From NCBI GenBank assembly GCA_964643435.1, contig CAZXPY010000003.1, positions 20,344 through 84,343 of the forward strand: DNA of 64,000 nt, written 5' to 3'. This DNA is from an uncultured Gammaproteobacteria bacterium (lineage in GTDB: Bacteria; Patescibacteriota; Microgenomatia; Woykebacterales; RBG-16-39-9b). The notes under the pieces are model-generated. The model was given only the letters and a program-made list of their open reading frames with translations, did not search any database and was not told the DNA's origin. Shown here one piece after another: positions 48,363-58,075 of the stretch (the first letter of the stretch is position 1; the number at the start of each line of letters is the position of its first letter). Made by a program: the position numbers and the translations under genes.

Positions 48363-48918
48363 AGAAGAGCTGATAAAAGTGTGAGGGTGAATTCTTTGTA
48401 GAATAACCTTGGACCTGATTTGTTTTTCCGCTAGTTTGAGGCGAGTAAATAAGAGTTCTTACTGGTTCAAAAATATGTTTTTGGGAACCGGAATAAATTT
48501 TCTCGCCAGAAACAATTTTATAATAATATAAAGTGGTTGGATTTAAAGAAGTTAAAGTTATTACGTGAGAGCTTGTTTTAAAATCCTTGCCTCCCGACCC
48601 CGCGTTATTATCATAAGCAGTTCTTTCAAGGTTAGATAGATCAGTACCGTACAAAATAACGCCTTCAACTTCGCCTTGAGTCTCCCAACTTATTGTGAAC
48701 GAGATATCAGTTATGTTTGAAATTGAAACATTTCTCGGTTCTGATTCAGCTTTTGCTTTCAAAATTAGATTAGTTCCGTAAGGGAGAAAGGCAACAACCA
48801 AAATCAAACTGATTAAAATGATTAATAGGAAAGTTAGAGGACTAATTAAGTTCAAATTATTTTGAGGGATTTTTTCTCGTTTCGTTAATAGAGCAGCTAA
48901 CTTTTGATTAACGTTCAT
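48352..48918 (-). CDS. membrane-anchored fibronectin type III-like domain protein
   Basis: N-terminal transmembrane helix; FN3-like PRNVSISNITDISFTISWETQ...LYYYKIVS. Confidence 0.4.
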   Translation of the reverse strand: MNVNQKLAALLTKREKIPQNNLNLISPLTFLLIILISLILVVAFLPYGTNLILKAKAESEPRNVSISNITDISFTISWETQGEVEGVILYGTDLSNLERTAYDNNAGSGGKDFKTSSHVITLTSLNPTTLYYYKIVSGEKIYSGSQKHIFEPVRTLIYSPQTSGKTNQVQGYSTKNSPSHFYQLFFKR

Positions 48919-48924
48919 TAATTA

Positions 48925-49119
48925 CTAACGGTTTTTATTGTTTAAGTAGTCGATAAAATTAAGATCTAAATTCGGATCTAATGGTTGAAGTTGGGATTCG
49001 GCGGTCTTAGTTATCGATTCCTTAGTTATAGTTCTATAAACTTGAAAACTAAACCAACTTGCTAAAGTTAAAACAGTTAGGATTAGAAGAAAAATTGTAT
49101 TTTTAGAAATTTTTATCAT
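48925..49119 (-). CDS. small membrane protein (64 aa) in the pilus-assembly operon
   Basis: Single transmembrane helix; operon position. Confidence 0.3.
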   Translation of the reverse strand: MIKISKNTIFLLILTVLTLASWFSFQVYRTITKESITKTAESQLQPLDPNLDLNFIDYLNNKNR

Positions 49120-49128
49120 AAGAATAGA

Positions 49129-49743
49129 TTATTTTTTACTAACCCCAAGAAAATAGGCTTTAAGTTCTAAATTAACAGTAATGCTTTCTTCTGTTTGTCC
49201 TTTAGTAAAGTTAGCATTGACAATATCGGTTGTTCTCAAAAAATTTTCTAGAGCCCGGATGAAAGCTTTTATATTTTCATAGCTACCAGTTACCCTAGCG
49301 GTATAGGACATTGGCGTAGTTGTTAGTAAAGGCAGTGCTTCTCTGGTACTTGTTTCTGTTGGCGTGAGTGGTAACGAGGAGAGCTGAAAAGAATTTAACG
49401 AAACTCCGCTTGCCGCCGCGGTATTTTCAACGTAACTCATATAAGTAGTTAAGTCAGGACTATTTGGAAGAGCTAAATCAAACAAGAATAAATCACCACT
49501 TATTGAATTATAATTTGCTTTGGCCCTTTGTAAGTTATCAATCTTTAACCGGAGGAGCTTATCTATTTCTCTAGCGTCATTTACGTTCTTTTTTAAAATA
49601 GAAACATAAGACAAAGCTGGTTGAACAATTAAAATCATCGCAATAATCGTGATTAGGGTTAGAGCTAAACTAAAATAACTTTTTGCCCTTGGACTTTCTA
49701 GATACTCACTATAGCGGATAAAAAAAGTTTTATAACCGATCAT
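49129..49743 (-). CDS. pilO: type IV pilus assembly protein PilO-like
   Basis: Transmembrane helix plus coiled coil plus PilO-like periplasmic domain; follows pilN. Confidence 0.55.
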   Translation of the reverse strand: MIGYKTFFIRYSEYLESPRAKSYFSLALTLITIIAMILIVQPALSYVSILKKNVNDAREIDKLLRLKIDNLQRAKANYNSISGDLFLFDLALPNSPDLTTYMSYVENTAAASGVSLNSFQLSSLPLTPTETSTREALPLLTTTPMSYTARVTGSYENIKAFIRALENFLRTTDIVNANFTKGQTEESITVNLELKAYFLGVSKK

Positions 49744-49758
49744 CTTATAAAAAAATTC

Positions 49759-50346
49759 TCAATTTAATTTAATTTGAGATGTAAACGCCTTTGAATTTAT
49801 GGTCGCAGTTGCTCCAAAAGTAAAATTTGGTGAGGTCTCGTTAGGAACAGTTATTTTAGTTATTTCTAAGTTTGAAATTTTGTCACTTTTTTCAATCGAG
49901 TTAATTAAAGTTTGGAGTGTTTCCTCACTGGAAAAATCACCACCAAAAGTAATTGTATTTTGGTCTACTTTTAATTCGGTTAAAACAACACCGATTGGTA
50001 ATAGAGAATTTAGTTCGTCCAGAATTTTTTCAAAAAATATATGATTACTTTCTAGTGATTTGAGATTCTGTAAACGAGTTTGGACAAGACGAAATTCATT
50101 TTCAAATTTAGAGAAGTTTTCGATTAAATCTTGCTGACCAACTATAGATTCTTTTAGGTCATTACGTTCAATAGTGAGTTTTACTGAATACGCGAAAGTA
50201 CCTAGGGCGACTATTTCGGTGAGGATAATAATGTAACGCCCTAAAGTTAAAATCCAAGAAACTAGCTTTCCAAACGATTCAGTTAGTTCTTCTTGAGGAA
50301 GTAGGTTAATTTCTGCTGAAGTCTGTTTTAGGGCAGGCTTAGCCAT
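49759..50346 (-). CDS. pilN: type IV pilus assembly protein PilN-like
   Basis: INLLP motif near the N-terminus, transmembrane helix, coiled coil. Confidence 0.6.
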   Translation of the reverse strand: MAKPALKQTSAEINLLPQEELTESFGKLVSWILTLGRYIIILTEIVALGTFAYSVKLTIERNDLKESIVGQQDLIENFSKFENEFRLVQTRLQNLKSLESNHIFFEKILDELNSLLPIGVVLTELKVDQNTITFGGDFSSEETLQTLINSIEKSDKISNLEITKITVPNETSPNFTFGATATINSKAFTSQIKLN

Positions 50347-50361
50347 TTGTAAGTAAGTATA

Positions 50362-50625
50362 CTACTTTTTTACCTTTTTTGAAACAGTCTTCTTAGGCGG
50401 TATTTTTGAAAGCCTACTCTTTAATCTAGCCGCCTTATTCCTGTGAATTAGGTTGTTTTTAACGGCTTTATCAATAAGACTCAAGCCATTAAGAATTGCG
50501 TCGCTAGCTTTGGTTTCAAGAGCTTTTTTTAGAGCCGCCTTTAGATTCATTTTTAAAGCTTTATTTCTAACTTGTCTAACTTTATCCTGACGTAATTTTT
50601 TTACTGCACTTTTGGTAATCGGCAT
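50362..50625 (-). CDS. rpsT: 30S ribosomal protein S20
   Basis: MPITKSAVKKLRQDKVRQVRNKALK. Confidence 0.85.
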   Translation of the reverse strand: MPITKSAVKKLRQDKVRQVRNKALKMNLKAALKKALETKASDAILNGLSLIDKAVKNNLIHRNKAARLKSRLSKIPPKKTVSKKVKK

Positions 50626-50691
50626 AATTTAAGGATATTAACAAAAAATCAAAGCTGGTGCAAACAACAGCCTTCTTGTTATACTAAAAAA

Positions 50692-52362
50692 GTGGTTAAA
50701 CGATTTTTGAAAAACAGTACAAGAATCTTATTCCAACGCCAAAACACAATACTTTCCGCGGCTACCATAATGATGCTATTGATTTTAGCATCCCGAATAT
50801 TAGGATTAATTAGAAACCGGCTATTGGCAGGTACATTTGGGGCTGGTTCGGAGCTAGACATATATAACGCCGCTTTTGCTTTACCAGATTTTATTGCTGA
50901 TTTTCTGATTACAGGAGCGTTAACAGTCTCATTTATACCGATAATGACTTCTCTAATAACAAAAAATAGAGAAAAAGAGGCTGAGGCGGTTGCCTCTACA
51001 GTATTGAACGTAGCCCTACTAATATTTGGTCTTATTGGTTTTATTATAATTATTTTTGCTAATAGTCTTTCTAGTTTTTTGTTTCCCGGGTTCAGCGAAG
51101 ATCAAATTAAGGAGGTTGTCCTTCTTACCAGATTTATAATTTTTTCAGAACTCATTTTAATAATTGGCTCTTTTTTTGCTTCGATTTTACAAAGTCATTA
51201 TCGCTTTATTATCCCCGCTTTAGCACCGGTTGCCTATAATTTAGGAATTATTTTTGGGATTTATTTTTTTTCAGAAAGGTTTGGAATTTTAGGAGTTGTT
51301 TTTGGAGTAATTTTAGGAGCATTTTTACATGTTTTAATTCAGCTCCCCTTGATTAAGAGATTAAATTTTGGGCTTAAATGGATTATTGCTTTGAATAATA
51401 AGGGAGTAAAAAAAATAGCTCTTCTTTCTCTTCCAAGAGCTCTGACAATTGGAATGGAGCAAATTAAGTGGTTAATTAATCTTTTCCTTGCCTCACTTTT
51501 AGTTACCGGTTCAGTTACTATTATTAAGTTTTCTGTTGATCTTCAAAACTTTCCAATAGGGCTTTTTGGAATAACGGTGGCCACCGCCGCCTTACCAGCA
51601 CTTTCAAATGAATGGGTTAGGAACAAACAGGAAGAGTTTAAAGAAACATTTCTTAGTAGTCTCCATCAAATCCTTTTTCTTTCGGTACCGGCAAGTATAA
51701 TTTTAATCACTTTGCGTATTCCGGTAGTAAGACTTACCCTTGGTTCTGGAAAATTTGATTGGAATGATACAGTTACAACCGCCACGACTTTATCATTTTT
51801 TGCAGTTAGTGTCTTTGCTCAATCAGCCACTCTTTTAATAGCAAGAGCTTTTTACGCAATGCAAAATAGCTCAGTACCACTACGGGTTGCTTTTACAAGT
51901 TTAATATTACACGCTTTGGTAGGGGTATCTTTAATTTTTTTATTTAGCGACGTTTCTTATTTAGCTATTACTTCAAGTATCTCTTCTCTTTTTACCTTTA
52001 TGACCTTGCTTTTTATTTTAAATAAGGAAGTTGGTGGTTTTGATAAGAATAGGTTGTTCTTACCAGTGGTAAAAATATTTCTAGCCAGCTTTATTATGGC
52101 CCTGCTACTTTACTTACCCTTGCACCTTAAATTTGAAGGGACTTATGTTATCGATTTAATTATCGATACAACTAGAACAATAAACCTTCTTCTAATAACT
52201 TTGGTTGTAACAATAGTTGGTTTATTTGTATACGGCGTTACTTGTTGGTATTTAAAATCAGATGAATTGCAGGCGTATATTAATTTGTTTAAAAGTTTTA
52301 AAGGTTTGGGGAAGGCTTTTTTAGTGGAACCTAAATCTACAGAAACAACCGCAAACCCCTAA
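50692..52362 (+). CDS. murJ: lipid II flippase MurJ/MviN
   Basis: 14-transmembrane MOP-superfamily protein with a MurJ-like N-terminus. Confidence 0.8.
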   Translation: MVKRFLKNSTRILFQRQNTILSAATIMMLLILASRILGLIRNRLLAGTFGAGSELDIYNAAFALPDFIADFLITGALTVSFIPIMTSLITKNREKEAEAVASTVLNVALLIFGLIGFIIIIFANSLSSFLFPGFSEDQIKEVVLLTRFIIFSELILIIGSFFASILQSHYRFIIPALAPVAYNLGIIFGIYFFSERFGILGVVFGVILGAFLHVLIQLPLIKRLNFGLKWIIALNNKGVKKIALLSLPRALTIGMEQIKWLINLFLASLLVTGSVTIIKFSVDLQNFPIGLFGITVATAALPALSNEWVRNKQEEFKETFLSSLHQILFLSVPASIILITLRIPVVRLTLGSGKFDWNDTVTTATTLSFFAVSVFAQSATLLIARAFYAMQNSSVPLRVAFTSLILHALVGVSLIFLFSDVSYLAITSSISSLFTFMTLLFILNKEVGGFDKNRLFLPVVKIFLASFIMALLLYLPLHLKFEGTYVIDLIIDTTRTINLLLITLVVTIVGLFVYGVTCWYLKSDELQAYINLFKSFKGLGKAFLVEPKSTETTANP

Positions 52363-52365
52363 GTC

Positions 52366-54135
52366 TTGTTGATGGATAAAATTAGAAATTTTACTATTTT
52401 GGCTCATATTGATCACGGTAAGTCTACTCTTGCTGATAGATTTTTAGAAATTACCCAAACATTGCCAAAAGAAAAAATTGTAGAACAAACCTTAGATCGG
52501 CTCGATTTAGAGCGGGAAAGAGGGATTACTATAAAATTAACCCCAGTAACAATGGGTTGGAAGGGCTATACTTTAAATTTGATTGATACCCCAGGCCACG
52601 TAGATTTCACTTACGAAGTCTCCCGAGCTTTACGGGCGGTAGAGGGAGCAATTCTCCTAATCGACGCCACTACCGGCATTGCCGCCCAAACCTTAAGTAA
52701 TTATCGTCTTACCTTAGAAGCCAAACTAAAATTAATACCAGTTATTAATAAGATTGATCATCCTTTTGCTCAAACTGAAAGTTTGGTCGAGTCTTTGATA
52801 GAAGCCTTTAAGTTTGAGGAAGTAGAGATATTAAAAGTTTCCGCCAAAACTGGTCAAAACGTGGCTAATTTACTAGATAAAGTTATTAAGGTTGTTCCGG
52901 TACCTAGGGAAGGAGAAAAATCAGCTGCTTTAATTTTTGATTCGTTTTATGACCCATTTAAGGGTGTAGTGGCGTTTGTACGGGTCTTTGGCGGTTTTTT
53001 TAAGAGTGGGGATCGACTTAAACTAGTTGGTCAAGACTTCGAAGCAGATGCAGTTGAAGTTGGTATTTTCACCCCTGATCTTAGGCCTAAATTACAACTT
53101 AGTAGCGGTGAAATTGGTTACATTGCTACTGGCGTAAAGAACCCCGCCAAGGTTTTGGTTGGGGATACGATAGCTTTATTCACAGAAAAGAATCCCCAAA
53201 TTCTCCCCGGGTTTAGGAAGATTAAACCCCTAGTTTACGCTTCCTTTTATCCAGCAAATAATAATGATTTTCCACTCCTTTTCGAAGCCTTGCAAAAATT
53301 TAAATTAAATGATGCTTCATTATTTTTCGAACCAGAATCATCGGCAGCCCTAGGACTCGGTTTTAGATGTGGGTTTCTTGGATTACTTCATCTTGAGATA
53401 GTTCAAGAAAGACTGGAGCGAGAGTATAATTTGGATTTAGTCGCTTCATCACCAACAGTTAAATATTTGGTTGAATTAACTAGTGGTTCGGAAATCGAAA
53501 TCTCTAATCCCACTACGTTTCCACTGCCCTCTCAAATTAAAAAAATTAAAGAGCCAATTGTTAACGCAGAAATTGTTACACCATCCCAATATATTGGTGG
53601 GATACTGGAACTTATACAAAAGAAAAGAGGCAGGGTTAATAATTATAACTACGTGGCTGATCAGGTGATTATTGAAGCAAAGATTCCTTTATTCGAAGTT
53701 ATTGCTGATTTTTTTGATAAATTAAAATCAATATCGAGTGGTTTTGCTTCTTTTGATTACGATTTGGCTTCATGGGAAGAGGTTGAAGCGGTGAAATTGG
53801 ATGTGCTAGTAGCCGGCAGCAAAATTGACGCTTTAAGCCAGATTATTGTTAAGAGAAATGCCCAAATTGTTGGTAGAAGATTGGTAGAAAAACTTAAAGG
53901 ATTAATACCAAGACAACAATTTGAGGTTTCGTTGCAAGCGGCGGTCGGCGGAAAAATTTTAGCAAGAGCAGATATTCCATCATACAGGAAAGACGTTACT
54001 GCCAAACTATATGGGGGCGATAGAACTAGAAAAGATAAGCTTCTGCAGAAACAAAAGAAAGGCAAAAAAAGAATGAAGATGGTCGGACGAGTCGAAATTC
54101 CCCAAGAAGCCTTCCTATTAGCTCTAAAAATCTGA
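52366..54135 (+). CDS. lepA: elongation factor 4 (LepA)
   Basis: IRNFTILAHIDHGKSTLADR G1 motif and the LepA C-terminal domain. Confidence 0.9.
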   Translation: MLMDKIRNFTILAHIDHGKSTLADRFLEITQTLPKEKIVEQTLDRLDLERERGITIKLTPVTMGWKGYTLNLIDTPGHVDFTYEVSRALRAVEGAILLIDATTGIAAQTLSNYRLTLEAKLKLIPVINKIDHPFAQTESLVESLIEAFKFEEVEILKVSAKTGQNVANLLDKVIKVVPVPREGEKSAALIFDSFYDPFKGVVAFVRVFGGFFKSGDRLKLVGQDFEADAVEVGIFTPDLRPKLQLSSGEIGYIATGVKNPAKVLVGDTIALFTEKNPQILPGFRKIKPLVYASFYPANNNDFPLLFEALQKFKLNDASLFFEPESSAALGLGFRCGFLGLLHLEIVQERLEREYNLDLVASSPTVKYLVELTSGSEIEISNPTTFPLPSQIKKIKEPIVNAEIVTPSQYIGGILELIQKKRGRVNNYNYVADQVIIEAKIPLFEVIADFFDKLKSISSGFASFDYDLASWEEVEAVKLDVLVAGSKIDALSQIIVKRNAQIVGRRLVEKLKGLIPRQQFEVSLQAAVGGKILARADIPSYRKDVTAKLYGGDRTRKDKLLQKQKKGKKRMKMVGRVEIPQEAFLLALKI

Positions 54136-54185
54136 TGAAAACCCCACGGAAACTAATAAAGTAATACGTAATAGTCTTATAGTTC

Positions 54186-54214
54186 TTGACATAAACCAAT
54201 GATGGTGGTATAAT
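54186..54214 (+). promoter_or_regulatory. consensus sigma70 promoter TTGACA-17-TATAAT
   Basis: Exact consensus hexamers; fires into the non-coding GC-rich segment. Confidence 0.6.
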
Positions 54215-54220
54215 TATTTT

Positions 54221-54495
54221 GGTTCAGTCTGACCTGGCTGGTGCGAGTAGGCAATGACTAGTCTTTGGAAGTAGTCAACCACCGCAGGGGCATAAGCTCT
54301 CGTCAGATACGGCTGAATCCCGGGTGTCCGCTGCAGGGAAAAGGGTTTGGCTTTTTTGCCCGGCCGAAAGACCTCCCCTGTTCTAACCAGCCAGCACCCA
54401 CAGGGCGCTATTAAGCTACAATGCACTAGATTATTGTAGCTTAACGCAATCTCCAACCAGGTTTTTCGATCTTTCGGGAGACCTGGTTTCCCTTT
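54221..54495 (+). ncRNA. candidate structured non-coding RNA of about 270 nt between lepA and hrcA; identity unresolved (6S, SRP and RNase P considered)
   Basis: No ORF. Nested long-range helices CUGGCUGG/CCAGCCAG and CAGGGG/CCCCUG, plus local hairpins. Promoter and terminator are both plus-oriented. Confidence 0.35.
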
Positions 54496-54499
54496 TATT
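54455..54499 (+). terminator. intrinsic terminator AACCAGGU...ACCUGGUU plus UCCCUUUUAUU
   Basis: 8-bp stem and a U-rich tail, immediately before the hrcA promoter. Confidence 0.5.
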
Positions 54500-54513
54500 A
54501 AAGATTCTCGGTC

Positions 54514-54542
54514 TTGACTTTTGTTAGCAGTCGTGTTATATA
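54514..54542 (+). promoter_or_regulatory. sigma70 promoter of hrcA (TTGACT-17-TATATA), overlapping the operator
   Basis: Read directly; the -10 ends about 10 nt before the ATG, so the mRNA is probably leaderless or nearly so. Confidence 0.45.
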
Positions 54543-54551
54543 GATTGCTAG
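54524..54551 (+). promoter_or_regulatory. CIRCE-variant HrcA operator TTAGCAGTC-N10-GATTGCTAG
   Basis: Imperfect inverted repeat overlapping the -10 and abutting the hrcA start; paralogous to the groES and dnaJ sites. Confidence 0.5.
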
Positions 54552-54552
54552 A

Positions 54553-55281
54553 ATGGAACTTGCATCAAGACAGCAGGAGCTACTGCGAGCAATAATCGAA
54601 GAATATATTGAAACCGCAGAACCGGTTGGTTCAGAGACGATTGTTAGAAAGTACAACCTCGGTGTTTCCCCAGCAACAATCCGCAACGAAATGGTGGAAT
54701 TGACTGATTTGGGATTTCTTAAAAAGCCTTACGCGAGTGCCGGACGTATTCCTTCTCCCTCTGCTTTAAAATTTTATATCCAAACTTTGATGAAGGAACA
54801 CGAACTTCCTGTGAAGGACGAGGTTTCAATTAAAGAATCTCTTTGGGATAATCGCTTTGAGTTCGATAAACTCTTGAAAGAAGCCTCTAAACAATTGTCA
54901 GAGAAAACTGGTACCTTGGCAATAGCTAATACCGAAGGAGGAGATACCTATTATTACGGAGCCGCTAGTATTCTAGATATGCCTGAATTTATTGATATTG
55001 ATCTAACTAAGAGTATCCTCTCCCTTTTGGACGATAATACTCTTTTGAGCGAAATTTTTAGTCGAGTAATTGGGGATAACGATGTCCATATTTTAATTGG
55101 TGATGATTTAGAAATTGAAAATTTACTTCCTTGTTCGTTTGTTTTTTCAAATTTTGGAGCCGGAAGAAGATTTGCGGGAACTGTAGGAGTAATCGGACCA
55201 GCAAGAATGCATTATCCAAGAGTGGTACCGACAGTACGTTATTTTGGTTACTTATTGAATGAAGCTGCAGCGAGTTGGTAG
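54553..55281 (+). CDS. hrcA: heat-inducible transcription repressor HrcA (short form)
   Basis: LLRAIIEEYIETAEPVGSETI winged-helix N-terminus; followed by grpE-dnaK. Confidence 0.8.
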   Translation: MELASRQQELLRAIIEEYIETAEPVGSETIVRKYNLGVSPATIRNEMVELTDLGFLKKPYASAGRIPSPSALKFYIQTLMKEHELPVKDEVSIKESLWDNRFEFDKLLKEASKQLSEKTGTLAIANTEGGDTYYYGAASILDMPEFIDIDLTKSILSLLDDNTLLSEIFSRVIGDNDVHILIGDDLEIENLLPCSFVFSNFGAGRRFAGTVGVIGPARMHYPRVVPTVRYFGYLLNEAAASW

Positions 55282-55724
55282 AAATGGAAAAATCTAAAAA
55301 AGAGTTGTCGGAGAGATTGGAAGAAGTCAATAACCAACTTAAAAGAGCTCTAGCAGACTATTCAAATCTAGAAAAACGGGTCAAAGAAGAGAAAGATTCA
55401 TTTGTAAAGTTCGCCAACCAAAACTTATTATTGAAATTACTGCCTTTATTCAGTAGTCTTGAATTGGCAACAAAAAAAAGTGGGGATGAAGGAATTGCTT
55501 TGGTACTCAAGCAATTCAGAGATTTATTAAAAAGTGAAGGATTAGAAGAAATTTATCCTAAAAATGAGAAATTTGATCCATCCGTTCATGAAGCAGTCGA
55601 GATGGTAGACGGTAAGAAGGGAATAGTAGTCGAAGTTCTAGAATCTGGGTTTAAAATTCACGACAAATTGCTAAGAGCAGCAAAAGTTAAAGTTGGTTTA
55701 GGAAATAAAAAACGCACCGTTTAA
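55275..55724 (+). CDS. grpE: nucleotide exchange factor GrpE
   Basis: Coiled coil and the ADYSNLEKR region. Confidence 0.8.
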   Translation: MVEMEKSKKELSERLEEVNNQLKRALADYSNLEKRVKEEKDSFVKFANQNLLLKLLPLFSSLELATKKSGDEGIALVLKQFRDLLKSEGLEEIYPKNEKFDPSVHEAVEMVDGKKGIVVEVLESGFKIHDKLLRAAKVKVGLGNKKRTV

Positions 55725-55741
55725 GTATAATTAATAAACAT

Positions 55742-55996
55742 ATGATTAAGATTTTTTATTTAATTTGGAGTTTTTTATTAGCGCTGCCTATTACAGCATT
55801 AAGTTTTTTTTATTTACGAAATGAGAGTTTAAGAGGATTTCCTTTTTCCTTTGCTAAGGAAATTACCATTGAGGCTAGTGAAGGACATAGAAGTTTAAAT
55901 TTTAATATTTGGATAGGACTGCTCGATTTATTTTTTTGGTGGTTAGTTTTTAGTATCTTTTTGGTAGTAGTAAAAAATTACGTTTTAGAAAAGTAA
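55742..55996 (+). CDS. hypothetical small membrane protein
   Basis: Two hydrophobic helices; lies between grpE and dnaK. Confidence 0.3.
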   Translation: MIKIFYLIWSFLLALPITALSFFYLRNESLRGFPFSFAKEITIEASEGHRSLNFNIWIGLLDLFFWWLVFSIFLVVVKNYVLEK

Positions 55997-56106
55997 AAAA
56001 AGTAGGAGATAAATAAAGTTTATAGAAGGGAAAAATATGAGCAAAATTATGACTGGCTCTGCCAGACGTAATTTCCGACCAAATTTATCGTAGAAAGGAT
56101 TAAAGC

Positions 56107-58020
56107 ATGTCGAAAATTATTGGAATTGATTTAGGTACAACAAATTCAGCTGTTGCTGCTACTGAGGGCGGAAAGCCCAAAATTATCCACAGCAGCGAAG
56201 GGGAAAACATTATCCCAAGTGTAGTGGATCCAATAAAAAGAGTGGTCGGTAGAGTCGCTAAAAGACAAGCAGTTGTTAACCCAAAGGCGACAATTTTTTC
56301 AATAAAACGTTTAATGGGTAGAAAATTTAAAGACGCTTCTGTTCAGTACGATATGAAATGGCTGCCTTACACAATTAAAGAAGGAAAAGAAGGGATGGCA
56401 ACTATTGAGGTAGAAGGTAAAGAGTTTACTCCTCAAGAAATTTCCGCCCAGATTCTCCAAAAGATAAAAGCCGATGCCGAAAGTTATTTAGGCGAAAAAG
56501 TAACTGCGGCAGTGATTACTGTTCCCGCCTATTTTGATGATTCACAGCGCCAAGCCACGAAACAAGCCGGGGAAGTGGCTGGTCTGGAAGTTAAAAGAAT
56601 TATTAACGAGCCAACCGCGGCCGCTTTGGCTTACGGTTTAGATAAAGAAAAAGCGCACACTATTGCCGTCTATGATCTTGGTGGTGGGACTTTTGATATT
56701 ACTATTTTGGAACTTGGCGAAGGCGTTTTTGAGGTAAAAGCAACTGCTGGTGACACCCACTTAGGAGGAGATGATTTTGACCAAAAAATTATTGATTATC
56801 TAATCGAAGAGTTTAAAAAAGAGCAAGGAATAGACCTAAAGAACGATAAGCAAGCCCTGCAACGTTTGCGGGACAGTGCTGAAAAAGCTAAGGTCGAGCT
56901 TTCCACAACAGCTGAATCTGAAATCAATATCCCATTCATTACGGCTGATGGTTCTGGTCCGAAACACCTGGTGATGAAACTTACTCGGGCAAAGCTCGTG
57001 GCGCTGACTAGTGAGTTGATTGAAAAAAGTTTTGAATCAGTAAAGCAAACATTAAAAGACGCTAAGATGGATGCTTCAAAAGTTGACGAAATTGTCTTGG
57101 TTGGTGGTCAAACAAGAATGCCGGCTGTTCAAGAAAAAGTCAAATCCTTCTTTGGTAAAGAACCCCATCGAGGTATTAACCCAGATGAGGTGGTAGCCAT
57201 CGGAGCAGCAATTCAGGGAGCAGTTTTGACTGGCGAAATGAAAGAAGTGGTACTGCTAGATGTTACTCCCCTTTCACTAGGAGTCGAAACTTTGGGTGGA
57301 GTGATGACAACCTTAATAGCCAGAAACACAACGGTGCCAACGTCTAAATCAGAAATTTTCTCAACGGCCGCTGATAATCAAACTAGTGTGGAAATCCACG
57401 TTTTGCAGGGCGAGCGCTCTTTGGCTACCGACAACAAAAGTTTGGGGAGGTTTATCCTTCCCGGTATTCCTCCAGCACCACGAGGTATACCGCAAATTGA
57501 AGTCACTTTTGATATCGATGCCAACGGAATTTTAAATGTTAAAGCTCTCGATAAAGCTACTGGCAAGGAGCAAAAAATTACCATTACAGGTTCAACCGGA
57601 CTTTCTAAGGAAGAGGCTGAAAGAATGACCAAAGAAGCAGAGAGCCATGCGGCCGAAGATCAAAAGAAAAAAGAATTAATTGAAGCGCGCAATATTGCCG
57701 ATGCTCTTATCTATACTGCTGAAAAATCTCTGAAAGACGCTGGTGATAAAGTTCCGGCAGATACCAAAACCGAGGTGGAGGAAAAGGTAAAAGTAGCTAA
57801 AGAAAAAATTGCGCTCGAAGATCTAGAAGCTATTCGTAAAGCCACTGATGATCTTGGTCAAGCCCTACAAAAAATAGGACCCGCCATGTCCTCGCGTCCG
57901 CCAGGAGCAGATACCACCGGTGCTGGGGTACAAGAAGAAATAAAAGGCGAAGCCGAGTCTAAGGAAAGTGAAGAAAAACCAGTCGAAGGTGAAGTGGTAG
58001 AAGAAGAAAAGAAAGAATAA
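56107..58020 (+). CDS. dnaK: chaperone DnaK (Hsp70)
   Basis: [18 protein letters not shown] and other Hsp70 signatures. Confidence 0.95.
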   Translation: MSKIIGIDLGTTNSAVAATEGGKPKIIHSSEGENIIPSVVDPIKRVVGRVAKRQAVVNPKATIFSIKRLMGRKFKDASVQYDMKWLPYTIKEGKEGMATIEVEGKEFTPQEISAQILQKIKADAESYLGEKVTAAVITVPAYFDDSQRQATKQAGEVAGLEVKRIINEPTAAALAYGLDKEKAHTIAVYDLGGGTFDITILELGEGVFEVKATAGDTHLGGDDFDQKIIDYLIEEFKKEQGIDLKNDKQALQRLRDSAEKAKVELSTTAESEINIPFITADGSGPKHLVMKLTRAKLVALTSELIEKSFESVKQTLKDAKMDASKVDEIVLVGGQTRMPAVQEKVKSFFGKEPHRGINPDEVVAIGAAIQGAVLTGEMKEVVLLDVTPLSLGVETLGGVMTTLIARNTTVPTSKSEIFSTAADNQTSVEIHVLQGERSLATDNKSLGRFILPGIPPAPRGIPQIEVTFDIDANGILNVKALDKATGKEQKITITGSTGLSKEEAERMTKEAESHAAEDQKKKELIEARNIADALIYTAEKSLKDAGDKVPADTKTEVEEKVKVAKEKIALEDLEAIRKATDDLGQALQKIGPAMSSRPPGADTTGAGVQEEIKGEAESKESEEKPVEGEVVEEEKKE

Positions 58021-58075
58021 TCACCAAAGTGTACTATCTAACACACCTTAGAGGTGTACAAAATTGCTGCTTAAG

